Part shown: one piece after another, positions 28,989-38,215 of the stretch
How positions within the stretch are numbered: position 1 is the stretch's first letter
How the letters are laid out: each line of letters opens with the position of its first letter
Source: Candidatus Daviesbacteria bacterium
GTDB taxonomy: Bacteria; Patescibacteriota; Microgenomatia; Daviesbacterales; UBA10151
Direction of reading: 5' to 3'
Assembly: GCA_016432425.1 (NCBI GenBank)
Contig: CP066688.1
Span: 446,211 to 510,210, forward strand
Length of the DNA: 64,000 nt
Made by a program: the position numbers and the translations under genes
Notes under the pieces: model-generated
The model's input: the letters and a program-made list of their open reading frames with translations, nothing else
Database searches by the model: none
What the model was told of the DNA's origin: nothing

Positions 28989-29489
28989 GTGCTTTGTTTA
29001 TTTAAAAAACTTAATTTTAAGATGCCTTGGGAATTATTAATTAAATTAGTTGAGTTTCATTTAAATAACCACTGCGATATGACAGTAGGTCTTACCAGTT
29101 ATTTGACAGATTATACAACCGATGTAGGAAAAATCTGGATCAATGGGTTCACGAATGATATTGTTAAATGTCTAGGAAGAGAAGAATATGATACTAATTT
29201 AAATAAAAACATTATTCCGTTAACGAGCGCAGGAATATATATAGTAAATTCACAAAAATTTAAAAATATGTACAAAACGTTTTTAGAAGATAATCAAAAT
29301 ATAAAAGAAACTCAGGTAGAGATGAGAGATCAATTATTACCTTGGTTGATTGGAGAAAAGATTTTCAAAGTAAAGGGTTTTGATTTAAGAGGAGAGATAC
29401 TAGATATCGGAAATTATGAAAGAATTGTTTATGCAAAAAAACATTGGAAGAAATATACTATAAACAATCAGGAAAATAGCCCTCTATGA
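28989..29489 (+). pseudogene. N-terminally truncated sugar-phosphate nucleotidyltransferase remnant
   Basis: 166 aa resembling only the C-terminal half of G1P-nucleotidyltransferases (LTSAGIYIV...GFDLRGEILDIGNYE). Preceded by a ~670-nt AT-rich non-coding gap. Confidence 0.4.
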
Positions 29490-30598
29490 AATATGGGAAA
29501 TTAATAGGTATAGATGCAAATGAAGCAAATCTAATATCTGAACGTGTTGGATCAAATAAGTTAGCATTCAATTTACTTAGGGCGTTGTATAAGTTAAAGG
29601 TGCAATATAATTTTGTGGTGTATCTCTCGAAGCCTCCGTTAGATGATTTGCCGAATCCCAAGGCAAATTGGCAGTACAGAGTTATTTCTCCTGCTAAGTT
29701 TTGGACCCAATGGAGGTTACCGTTAGATCTATATGCTCATAATCCTCGTCCGGATATTTTTTTAAGCCTAGGCCATTATGCACCAAGATTCACTCCGATC
29801 AAAAATATAGTTACTATCACAGACCTAGGTTTCCTGACCTATCCCGAACAATTAACCAGAAAAGATCTTTGGCAATTAAAACATTGGACTGACTATTCTG
29901 TTAGGTCGGCAGGGCATATTATAGCAATTTCTGAATATACGAAGAAAGATATAATAAAGTTCTATCACATTAATCCAAATAAAATATCAATAATTTATCC
30001 TGGGTACGATAAAGATCTGTTTAGACCACTAAATAATCAAAAAGAAATAGAGAAAATACTCCTTAAATACAATATTACTAAACCATACTTATTATTTATA
30101 GGTGCTCTTAAACCAAATAAAAATTTAGAGAGATTAATCACCGCATTTAGTAGGTTGGAGTACAAAAATTTTAATCTAGTTATAGTAGGGAAAAAGGGCT
30201 GGTTTTATGAATCAATTTTTGAAACTGTCTCTAAATTAAAACTTGAGGATAGAATAATTTTTACAGGATTTGTGCCAGATATTGAACTGCCTTTTCTACT
30301 AAATGCAGCTAGATTGTTTGTATTTCCATCTCTGTATGAAGGTTTTGGGATGCCAGTCATAGAAGCTATGGCGTGTGGTACCCCAGTAGTAACTTCTAAT
30401 GTGGCTAGCCTGCCAGAGGTTATCGGTGATGCTGGTGTGACAGTTGATCCTTACAGAGTTGAAGATATAACAGCTGGTATTATTGATGGTTTAGAAAAAC
30501 ATATATTTTATAGCGAAAAGGGTCTAAAAAGAGTAAAATCATTTAGTTGGGATCAAAGTGCAAAACAATTAATAAAAATAATAGAACGCTTCTTATGA
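29486..30598 (+). CDS. Glycosyltransferase family 4 (GT-B, retaining)
   Basis: EGFGMPVIEAMACGTPVV signature of GT4; 370 aa. Confidence 0.85.
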   Translation: MKYGKLIGIDANEANLISERVGSNKLAFNLLRALYKLKVQYNFVVYLSKPPLDDLPNPKANWQYRVISPAKFWTQWRLPLDLYAHNPRPDIFLSLGHYAPRFTPIKNIVTITDLGFLTYPEQLTRKDLWQLKHWTDYSVRSAGHIIAISEYTKKDIIKFYHINPNKISIIYPGYDKDLFRPLNNQKEIEKILLKYNITKPYLLFIGALKPNKNLERLITAFSRLEYKNFNLVIVGKKGWFYESIFETVSKLKLEDRIIFTGFVPDIELPFLLNAARLFVFPSLYEGFGMPVIEAMACGTPVVTSNVASLPEVIGDAGVTVDPYRVEDITAGIIDGLEKHIFYSEKGLKRVKSFSWDQSAKQLIKIIERFL

Positions 30599-30604
30599 CC
30601 ATCT

Positions 30605-31714
30605 ATGGTGTCATCTAATAAACAAATAAATTTTTTCTACTCTAAGACAACAAGTAAAAATGTTCGGATTATTATAGGGATTGATTCAATATTTAACCTG
30701 GATAAATTTCTCAAAAATTTTTATGCAGATATGATTTTTATTATTTGTGATGATAATGTAGCTAATCTTTACGCGAAAAAGATTCAGAAGATAATTAAAA
30801 GATTGCCGGTGTATTTAGTGACTCATTCACCTAATGAAAAAAGCAAAAATCTCAAGACTGCTAAAAAAATCATGGATATAATCATAAAAGAAGGAGGTAG
30901 CGAAAATAGTATTATATGTTCATTGGGCGGAGGTGTTACTGGAAATATTGCAGGTTTTGTCTCTTCGGTTTTATTTAGAGGTCTTACATTAATTCATATA
31001 CCAACTACACTTCTGGCACAATTAGATAGTGCTCCAGATGTAAAGCAATCTCTCAATACGATTCTTATAAAAAACGGTATAGGTTCATATAAGGCACCGG
31101 ATTTAGTATTAATAGATCCTCAATTTATGATCTCATTATCGGAGCGTGATATTAGATCTGGTTATGCAGAAGCGATAAAACATGCTTTTGCTCAAGATTT
31201 AGATTTTATTAAATTTATAGCCAGTCTTTTTAAGAACAACGATTATATAAACCTAAATTATTTAGAGAAAGTTATTATTAAGACGATCTCTTTGAAGATA
31301 TATCACTGGAAGAATGTTCCGACTATGTGGAATGATATGGGTAAAGTTGAGAGACTCACTCATCTGGGTCATACCATAGGTAAAGTATTAGAAATAATTG
31401 ATTTGGGGTATCTTACTCACGGAGAAGCAATAGCGCATGGTATGGTCATAGAATTTTATATATCATTCAAGCTTGGATATCTAGATATAGCTAAAGTTAA
31501 AAAAGCTCAAGAAATTATGAATGATATGGGACTGTTATTTCCTCTAAGTAAAAAATATACTCAGAATAAGATTATGAAGTTACTATATTCATCATCTTCA
31601 GATAAAGAACCATTGGTTGCTCTTTTACAAGATTTTGGTAATCCCGATACAATCTCTTTGCATTTACCTAGAGCAATAACAAAGGAAGCATTAAAATGGT
31701 ATTTTTCATTATAA
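30605..31714 (+). CDS. 3-Dehydroquinate-synthase-like sugar phosphate cyclase family protein
   Basis: LGGGVTGNIAGFVSSVLFRGLTLIHIPTTLLAQLDSA closely follows the DHQS core (GGGV.GD..GF....Y.RG...I.VPTTLL.Q.DS), but the substrate-binding DSSVGGKT is replaced by DSAPDVKQS. Confidence 0.75.
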   Translation: MVSSNKQINFFYSKTTSKNVRIIIGIDSIFNLDKFLKNFYADMIFIICDDNVANLYAKKIQKIIKRLPVYLVTHSPNEKSKNLKTAKKIMDIIIKEGGSENSIICSLGGGVTGNIAGFVSSVLFRGLTLIHIPTTLLAQLDSAPDVKQSLNTILIKNGIGSYKAPDLVLIDPQFMISLSERDIRSGYAEAIKHAFAQDLDFIKFIASLFKNNDYINLNYLEKVIIKTISLKIYHWKNVPTMWNDMGKVERLTHLGHTIGKVLEIIDLGYLTHGEAIAHGMVIEFYISFKLGYLDIAKVKKAQEIMNDMGLLFPLSKKYTQNKIMKLLYSSSSDKEPLVALLQDFGNPDTISLHLPRAITKEALKWYFSL

Positions 31715-31896
31715 AAATATTTTTATAATGTATGGCTTCGGGCATGTTGTTAATCTAGAACCAAAATTAAAGGAGTTTTTATGAAAGTTAGAGAGGGAAC
31801 ATTGAATGAAGAAGCTCTTAAATTTTTTAGTAAGATGGGATTCAATAAATTTGAATCAGATTATATAAGTTTGGAAAGAAAATTAGATTAATAAAT

Positions 31897-32601
31897 TTAT
31901 TCATGTAGGCAGGTAGACCACTTATAGGTAGCTGAACCTGGGTAAAATTGGCAAATGGTTATAAAATCTTCCGAGCTTTGTTTAGCATTAATAATATAAG
32001 AAGCTCCAAATCTAGTTTCATCAGGTTGAGTCTTCATGGTATTGCATTCAACAATACCTGCTATATCAGGGGAACTACAATTCCAAGTTAATCCTGAAGG
32101 AAATTGGACATATTTAGCCACAACTGTAGCTACAGTAGAATTAGAGATAGAAGTAGTAGCTTTAGATATAGATAATGATAAATTCAAATTGAGAGGAACT
32201 TGTTTTTTAGAATCCCACTGGTTAGAGAAATTAACTGCTACTGATCCTACTTGCCATCTATAGCCGAATGAAGAAGGTAACTCTAAAATTTCACCATTCT
32301 GTTTAAAAACACCTTTTTTTAAGTTTAGCTGAGTTTGGTAGGGGGTAGTTAAATACTGGTTAACAAATATTTGCGAAATTTTGGTTACCCCGGTGGGGAT
32401 TTCTAAGGGAATGGTTTGAGAAATGGAATTTTGACTGGTTTGTCTATTAAGATTTAATTTTAAGATGCCTTGAGAATTAAGATAGTAGAGGATAGAGGCC
32501 AGGAGGATTAAAATTAAGACCAGCAGGAGAATTTTGGCCCAAATGGTCTGAAAAAAACTCCTTTTTAGTATTTGTACCTCTGGTTTGGGTATCTCATCCA
32601 T
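31897..32601 (-). CDS. Membrane-anchored hypothetical protein
   Basis: N-terminal TM (ILLLVLILILLASILYYL), then a Ser/Thr/Asn-rich domain. Confidence 0.4.
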   Translation of the reverse strand: MDEIPKPEVQILKRSFFQTIWAKILLLVLILILLASILYYLNSQGILKLNLNRQTSQNSISQTIPLEIPTGVTKISQIFVNQYLTTPYQTQLNLKKGVFKQNGEILELPSSFGYRWQVGSVAVNFSNQWDSKKQVPLNLNLSLSISKATTSISNSTVATVVAKYVQFPSGLTWNCSSPDIAGIVECNTMKTQPDETRFGASYIINAKQSSEDFITICQFYPGSATYKWSTCLHE

Positions 32602-32743
32602 AACCTAATCGTAGATTTTATAAAGTTTTGTGTCAACTTTAAAAATTTATATCTATTACTTCTTCTCTTTGTATAACTGGGCGTGAATTCCCAGTATCAC
32701 AAAAATAACATTCCGAAACAGTTTTGTTATGGTTGTATTTGAA

Positions 32744-33742
32744 TTATTTTTGGGGAATCTCAATAAATGGTTGATTTTCATTCCAGGAGGCCCAGGTTCC
32801 CTCTAATAGACCGGGGATAGGGGAAAGCACTAACTGAATGGCCGCTGTGTTATTAGGCAAACTTCTGCTTGACACAACCCAAAAAGTGATACTTTCACCC
32901 AATTTTAGGGTTTTGGGTAATCCAGCCTCTTTGTCTATATACAGCTCCGCAGTAGCCACATTTAATTCCCGGGTTAGATTACCGACTCTATTTTGCTGGA
33001 TAGCTAGAAAGTATCCATTTCTAAACTCTTGAGCTTGGGTGGGATTAAAAAAACGCACCACACTATTATTTAAGACCAATTGCAAATCACCACTTTGGCC
33101 GGTATTTTCTATTTTTACTCTGACCCGAAATTGATTAATTAAAGGTTCTAATTTGTCCACGGTAAAGGTAGCACCACATTCACTACATTTCTCATGATAC
33201 GATAATGGAGTTGTCTCTGTAGCCGGAACAGTTTTGGTTTCTGGATTTGACTTTGGGGAAGAACTTGAAAGAGGGGTAGGGCTAAGTGAATTAGCTATAA
33301 CTGGGGTGGTTAAGCTGGCCATGACATAGTATTTATTGTCGGGTGTTTTATTTAAACCTATTCCTACACCCAAGACTTTTGTTCCTTTACCCCAAAGCTG
33401 CTCTCCATCTCCACAAGGTTGGACAAATTCTATCCCACCAGACACAGGGGGGCCAATTAAATTGCCGGCTAGGTTTTCGGCAATAACAATCTCTTTAATC
33501 TGGCAGCCAGCCAAAATTTGACCGTAGGGAGATAAGTAGGTAGAGATTGTCTCATCAGTTCTGGCTTCCGGTAGTAAAAACTGGCTAGCCCGATTATCAT
33601 CATTTTGAATTAGGGCTTGGACAAAGTCGCTGGCAATATCTCTGGGAGAAACGGGCTGAGCACAAGCTAAGATGGATAAAGAAGCTGCGCTGAAAGCTTG
33701 TAAGAGAGCCTTTTTGTCAAAAGCAAAGCACCTTTCTCTCAT
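32744..33742 (-). CDS. Secreted hypothetical protein
   Basis: Signal-like N-terminus (LSILACAQP) on a 332-aa ORF. Confidence 0.4.
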   Translation of the reverse strand: MRERCFAFDKKALLQAFSAASLSILACAQPVSPRDIASDFVQALIQNDDNRASQFLLPEARTDETISTYLSPYGQILAGCQIKEIVIAENLAGNLIGPPVSGGIEFVQPCGDGEQLWGKGTKVLGVGIGLNKTPDNKYYVMASLTTPVIANSLSPTPLSSSSPKSNPETKTVPATETTPLSYHEKCSECGATFTVDKLEPLINQFRVRVKIENTGQSGDLQLVLNNSVVRFFNPTQAQEFRNGYFLAIQQNRVGNLTRELNVATAELYIDKEAGLPKTLKLGESITFWVVSSRSLPNNTAAIQLVLSPIPGLLEGTWASWNENQPFIEIPQK

Positions 33743-34263
33743 TTAAAATCCTTTTGGGTTAAAGCTAATTTTTCTCCCTCGGGATAATTTTTAATGATGG
33801 AAAAAACCAAAGAAGCCTGATAATAGGTCATTTTCTCTCCCGCGCTGCCAATTTTTTCTCCTTCCTCAACCGCTTTGGGGTTGGTATCTGCTATTTCACC
33901 CTGGACATAATACACTGCCCTTAGACCCCGCTCTTCATTATCCAAATAAATAGTGGTAATTTTTTCATTATTGTACTCTGCCGGCAGGGTAGAGGTAACT
34001 GTGCTCATTTGCCCATCAAATACAGCATAAAGAGGGTCGCCCTTTTTCACTGCTGCTCCTTTTTGGCAAAAGCTCTCAGTAGAGGGACATTTAAAAGGAC
34101 CTTGCTGTAGGACAATTGGTTTGGGTTCAGTTGGAGGCGGGGTAATAACTACCTCTCGCTGTGGCAGAGGCGGAAATAGGTTTATCCGGTAGCTTAAAAA
34201 AATACCTACTCCTAAAGCAATCAAAGCTGCTATTAAAACAGGGCGCTTGAAAAATGATGGCAT
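33739..34263 (-). CDS. Membrane-anchored hypothetical protein
   Basis: N-terminal TM (VLIAALIALGVGIFLSY); 174 aa. Confidence 0.4.
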   Translation of the reverse strand: MPSFFKRPVLIAALIALGVGIFLSYRINLFPPLPQREVVITPPPTEPKPIVLQQGPFKCPSTESFCQKGAAVKKGDPLYAVFDGQMSTVTSTLPAEYNNEKITTIYLDNEERGLRAVYYVQGEIADTNPKAVEEGEKIGSAGEKMTYYQASLVFSIIKNYPEGEKLALTQKDFK

Positions 34264-34316
34264 TAACTTAATTGTTAATGTTTAGCTGCTAATTGTCAAA
34301 TGTTTTTCTCAAAAAC

Positions 34317-34676
34317 TTAGGATTTGGATTCTATTTGCTGCTCTTTTTCTGACCACCAGAATTTTTGGTCTTCAGAAACCCATGCTGATTCCCGGATGAT
34401 AACTGCTCCGGCAAAATTTTGACAATCTGACAGCTGAGATACCCGCTGGATGAGATGCCCGGCAAACTTAGGGTAATAACAATAAATATGGTCCTGTGCT
34501 TCCGGGTTAAGGTAAGCTCCCAGGTAAACTCCATTCATATCAGAGCTGTGGTGCAAAATGGTGCCCAACCTAGTTCTAAGAAATGGATAATTTGACTCCG
34601 GAGCAGGATTAAAGAGCTGACTTACCAGCACTATCCAACCAGCCCAGAAAATTAATAACAAGACTAATTTTTTCAT
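34317..34676 (-). CDS. Small secreted hypothetical protein
   Basis: Signal peptide MKKLVLLLIFWAGWIVLVS; 119 aa. Confidence 0.4.
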   Translation of the reverse strand: MKKLVLLLIFWAGWIVLVSQLFNPAPESNYPFLRTRLGTILHHSSDMNGVYLGAYLNPEAQDHIYCYYPKFAGHLIQRVSQLSDCQNFAGAVIIRESAWVSEDQKFWWSEKEQQIESKS

Positions 34677-34742
34677 CAGTTTAACCTTGCTAAAAATACC
34701 TTAAATTGCACGGTTTGGCAAATTCAGGTACAATTTGAACCT

Positions 34743-35318
34743 ATGATAGACAAAAGAAAGCTGGTTTTAAATGCTAAACAGTTAAGGAAAGGTCTTCCGA
34801 CTACCGACTACGGACTACAGAAGTTACGCAAGTCTGTAGACCGAAGACGGAATGCAATTTATATTGTCCTGGACAATGTGTTGGATACCTATAATATTGG
34901 CTCCATTTTCAGGCTGGCTGATGCGGTGGCTGCTAAAAAGATTTACCTTTGTGGGGGGACAGAAACACCGCCCAATCACAGGATCAAAAAAGCCTCTATT
35001 AATACTACTGAGGTGGTGGAGTGGGAGTATTATGCTTCGGCAAGCGAAGCGATCTCGAAACTTAAATCTCAAAACTCGAATCTACAAGTTATAGCTATTG
35101 AACAAGTTGAGGAATCAGTCCAATATGACAAATTTGAGTACAAATTGCCCCTGGCTTTGGTAGTGGGGCATGAAACTTCGGGAGTTTCACCAGAAGTTTT
35201 GAAAATAGTGGATGGAGTGGTAGAACTACCCATGTTTGGCGTGAACAAATCCCTTAACGTGATGGTTTCTTTAGCGATAGTTTTATATGAAGTTATCGAA
35301 AGGACTATCTCTAAATAA
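34743..35318 (+). CDS. SpoU/TrmH-family RNA 2'-O-methyltransferase
   Basis: VLDNVLDTYNIGSIFRLADAV and the C-terminal SPOUT knot region (VVGHETSGVS...LNVMVSLAIVLYE). Confidence 0.7.
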   Translation: MIDKRKLVLNAKQLRKGLPTTDYGLQKLRKSVDRRRNAIYIVLDNVLDTYNIGSIFRLADAVAAKKIYLCGGTETPPNHRIKKASINTTEVVEWEYYASASEAISKLKSQNSNLQVIAIEQVEESVQYDKFEYKLPLALVVGHETSGVSPEVLKIVDGVVELPMFGVNKSLNVMVSLAIVLYEVIERTISK

Positions 35319-35323
35319 CCTAT

Positions 35324-36334
35324 ATGGAAATTCTAATTTTGTATAACAGAGCGAGGGAGCTCAAAAAGGGTATACCTTCAGATTTGATCTGTGAGCAGGA
35401 AATGAAAATTATTGTTCCACTGGTAGCTGATCTATTACAAAATAAAGGCTACGGTGTTCAAACATTGAGGACAGAGTTTGGTTTGTGGGAGCAACTCAAA
35501 AAAAGAAGAAAGAGTGTTGATTTGGTTTTAAACCTTGCTGAGGGATTTGGAGGAGGTAATTCTGATGAACCCTTAGTTCCAGCAATGCTAGAAGCTCTAA
35601 ATGTACCATTTACAGGTGCATCTGCTCGTAATATGTATTTTACTCTTGATAAAGAGAAGACGAAGGTTTTTTTACATCAAGCAGGTATTCCTATTCCAAA
35701 ATGGCAATTGTTTAGAGATGAAACAACTGATTTATCACCTGATTTACAATTCCCACTTATAGTTAAACCAGTTAGAGAAGAAGCTAGTATAGGAATATAC
35801 GAAGATAGCGTAGTAACTACGGAGGTTGAGATGAAAAGAAAAGTTTCTCATACTCTTGCAAGGTATAAACAGCCTGCATTGGTAGAACAGTATATTGAAG
35901 GCAGAGAATTATCTGTTGGAATCATTGGTAACTATCCAGATCTGGATGTATTACCTCCACTAGAGTTTTTGTTTGAAGATGCAACGTCACCCCTGCAAGC
36001 ATTTAGATCTTATGAATACAAATGGGGAGGCAGGAAAGAACAAATGGTTCGAGCAAATATTACTCGAGGTTTACATGATCAATTAGTGGATTATGCTAGG
36101 GTCGCTTTTATAGAGACAGAATGTCAGGACTACGCACGAATGGATTACAGAATAGATAAAGAAGGCAATCCTTATTTATTAGAAGTTAATTATAATCCTG
36201 GTATTGGTCCAAATACTCATGGATTAAATAACACTTTAACTATGATGGCTTCTTTTAAAGGATTATCATTTGAAGATATGGTGGAAGATATTATTCTGTC
36301 TAGTGCTAAAAGATATGGTATAGCTACTTCATAA
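35324..36334 (+). CDS. ATP-grasp enzyme of the D-alanine-D-alanine ligase family
   Basis: Ddl-like central and C-terminal ATP-grasp motifs (FPLIVKPVREEASIGI..., EQYIEGRELSVGIIGN, ARMDYRIDKEGNPYLLEVN). Confidence 0.65.
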   Translation: MEILILYNRARELKKGIPSDLICEQEMKIIVPLVADLLQNKGYGVQTLRTEFGLWEQLKKRRKSVDLVLNLAEGFGGGNSDEPLVPAMLEALNVPFTGASARNMYFTLDKEKTKVFLHQAGIPIPKWQLFRDETTDLSPDLQFPLIVKPVREEASIGIYEDSVVTTEVEMKRKVSHTLARYKQPALVEQYIEGRELSVGIIGNYPDLDVLPPLEFLFEDATSPLQAFRSYEYKWGGRKEQMVRANITRGLHDQLVDYARVAFIETECQDYARMDYRIDKEGNPYLLEVNYNPGIGPNTHGLNNTLTMMASFKGLSFEDMVEDIILSSAKRYGIATS

Positions 36335-37653
36335 TGGTCAAAACTATAATTATCGCTAATGTAGCAGAGGCATTTAGTAGATCAATAGCCAAGATTAGAA
36401 GCAGAAAAGAAAAAACTCTTAGATTAGCTATTGAACAATCATTATCCCAACGCAGTATGTTTTGGGGCGGGGATAATAAAGTAGTAATAACACCTTATTT
36501 TATACCAAAATTGTTATTCCATAGGAACTCAATATTTTGTAAATATAAAAATACTGTAAACGTAACTCCTGTCAATGAGAGCATCAATTTATGTGAAGCT
36601 ATTCTTAAAGATAAAAAACTGTATGATTGGCTGAAAGTAATAATAAAAAATAACCCAAAGGTCAACCTTTCTCCCTATAGCTTTACAAATTTTTTCCTAG
36701 AATTGACCCGGAAGCTCAAAGAAGATAATCTGATATTTAAAACTGATGCTATACCGGATAGTAATACTGATGTTGTTTCTTACCTTGATTCTAAATCTGG
36801 TTTCCGGCTTGAACTTCTAAAGCTGCAAAAACAGTTTCCTGAAATAAAAATTCCTTATGGTTTTATATGTAACAATCCAGAAGTGGCTTTAAGAATAGTC
36901 GAACAATTCTATAAGCTTAATGCTTCTTGTGTATTAAAAGCTAATTTAGGTGAGTCGGGGTGGGGATTATTAACAATAAAACCTGGGGTGTTTAAATCTC
37001 TTATAGAACTGAGCAATAGTATAAAGTCTACTATTATTAACGAATCTATTTGGCAGAATGACTCTATAATCATAGAAGAACTAATTTTGCACACGAGTTC
37101 ACCCTCTGTAGAGGTGTTAGTTACTGCAAAAGGTCCAAAAATCACATATATTTGTCAACAAATAATTGATGATAAAGGAACATTTTCTGGAATACTTTTA
37201 GGAAAAAACACTATTAAAACCTCGCTGATTAAAAAATTGATCCATATCTCTTCAATAATAGGAAAAAGATATTGGCAAATGGGTTATAGAGGTTATTTTG
37301 ATATCGATTTTGTCATCTCATATAACGGTACTGCTTTTGCAATAGAAACAAACATGAGAAGGACTGGTGGTACTCATGTCTATGATTTTGCTTGCAAAGT
37401 TTTAGGAAAAAATTGGTTTGAAAAAGCAGTTATTTTATCTAAAGATAATTTTATTTATGGAGATGAAATTATTGATGGAAAAGAGATTTTTAAAAGAGTA
37501 AGTAAAATGTTATTTACAAGTAAAATTGGGAAAGGGGTAGTAATTTCGTTTATTAGTAAATCTATCCCCTTATTAGGATATTTCATCATAGGGGATAGTT
37601 TAGTGGAGGCAAGTAATCTAAAGAGTAGATTTGAGAGTTTAGTTAAGCTATAA
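36334..37653 (+). CDS. ATP-grasp domain protein (carboxylate-amine ligase-like)
   Basis: CVLKANLGESGWGL glycine-rich loop and the downstream ATP-grasp pattern; start overlaps the upstream stop. Confidence 0.45.
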   Translation: MVKTIIIANVAEAFSRSIAKIRSRKEKTLRLAIEQSLSQRSMFWGGDNKVVITPYFIPKLLFHRNSIFCKYKNTVNVTPVNESINLCEAILKDKKLYDWLKVIIKNNPKVNLSPYSFTNFFLELTRKLKEDNLIFKTDAIPDSNTDVVSYLDSKSGFRLELLKLQKQFPEIKIPYGFICNNPEVALRIVEQFYKLNASCVLKANLGESGWGLLTIKPGVFKSLIELSNSIKSTIINESIWQNDSIIIEELILHTSSPSVEVLVTAKGPKITYICQQIIDDKGTFSGILLGKNTIKTSLIKKLIHISSIIGKRYWQMGYRGYFDIDFVISYNGTAFAIETNMRRTGGTHVYDFACKVLGKNWFEKAVILSKDNFIYGDEIIDGKEIFKRVSKMLFTSKIGKGVVISFISKSIPLLGYFIIGDSLVEASNLKSRFESLVKL

Positions 37654-37665
37654 TTTATCCGTTTT

Positions 37666-38178
37666 ATGAAGAATACAAATTTATTGCCTGTTAAACCTTT
37701 TCAAGAAAGTTTAAATAAGGGTTATTGTGGACCAGCAAGCCTAAAAATGGTGCTTGATTATTATGGAGTTAATAAAACTGAAAAGGAGCTAGCTAAGCTT
37801 GCTAATACCACTACTGATTTAGGGACTAATGATCAATCACTAAAGAAAGCTGCAGAGATACTAGGTTTTAAGGTTGACATTAAAAACTATTCTTCTTTTG
37901 AAGATACAAAAAATTGGCTTGATAAAAAAGTTCCAGTAATCGTAGATTGGTTTACTAGAGGCAGAACGGATTATGATGAGTCAGAAGTAGCAGATGGGCA
38001 CTACTCAGTAGTAGTAGGATTAGATGAAGAATTTATCTATTTACAAGATCCAGAGATTGGAAAATTAAGAAAGATTAAGAAAGATGATTTTATGCGTGTA
38101 TGGTTTGATTTTACTGGTGAGTATATTAGCTCATGGCCAGAGATGATTATTAGACAGGTAATAGCCATTTACAGATAG
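37666..38178 (+). CDS. Peptidase C39-like (papain-fold cysteine peptidase) domain protein
   Basis: NKGYCGPASLKMVLDYYGV catalytic Cys motif of the C39/C39_2 family with a downstream His (DGHYSVVVG); 170 aa, stand-alone. Confidence 0.6.
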   Translation: MKNTNLLPVKPFQESLNKGYCGPASLKMVLDYYGVNKTEKELAKLANTTTDLGTNDQSLKKAAEILGFKVDIKNYSSFEDTKNWLDKKVPVIVDWFTRGRTDYDESEVADGHYSVVVGLDEEFIYLQDPEIGKLRKIKKDDFMRVWFDFTGEYISSWPEMIIRQVIAIYR

Positions 38179-38215
38179 TATTGTATAAGGTTATAGAAAA
38201 GACTATGCTGGATGT

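Noticed and set aside
35324-36334. Calling the Ddl-family ATP-grasp a bona fide cell-wall D-Ala-D-Ala ligase (ddl)
   Set aside because: The N-terminal region lacks the usual Ddl GGxSxEhxVS start, and the gene sits in the AT-rich accessory block beside a second ATP-grasp and a C39-like peptidase. It is left as a family-level call.
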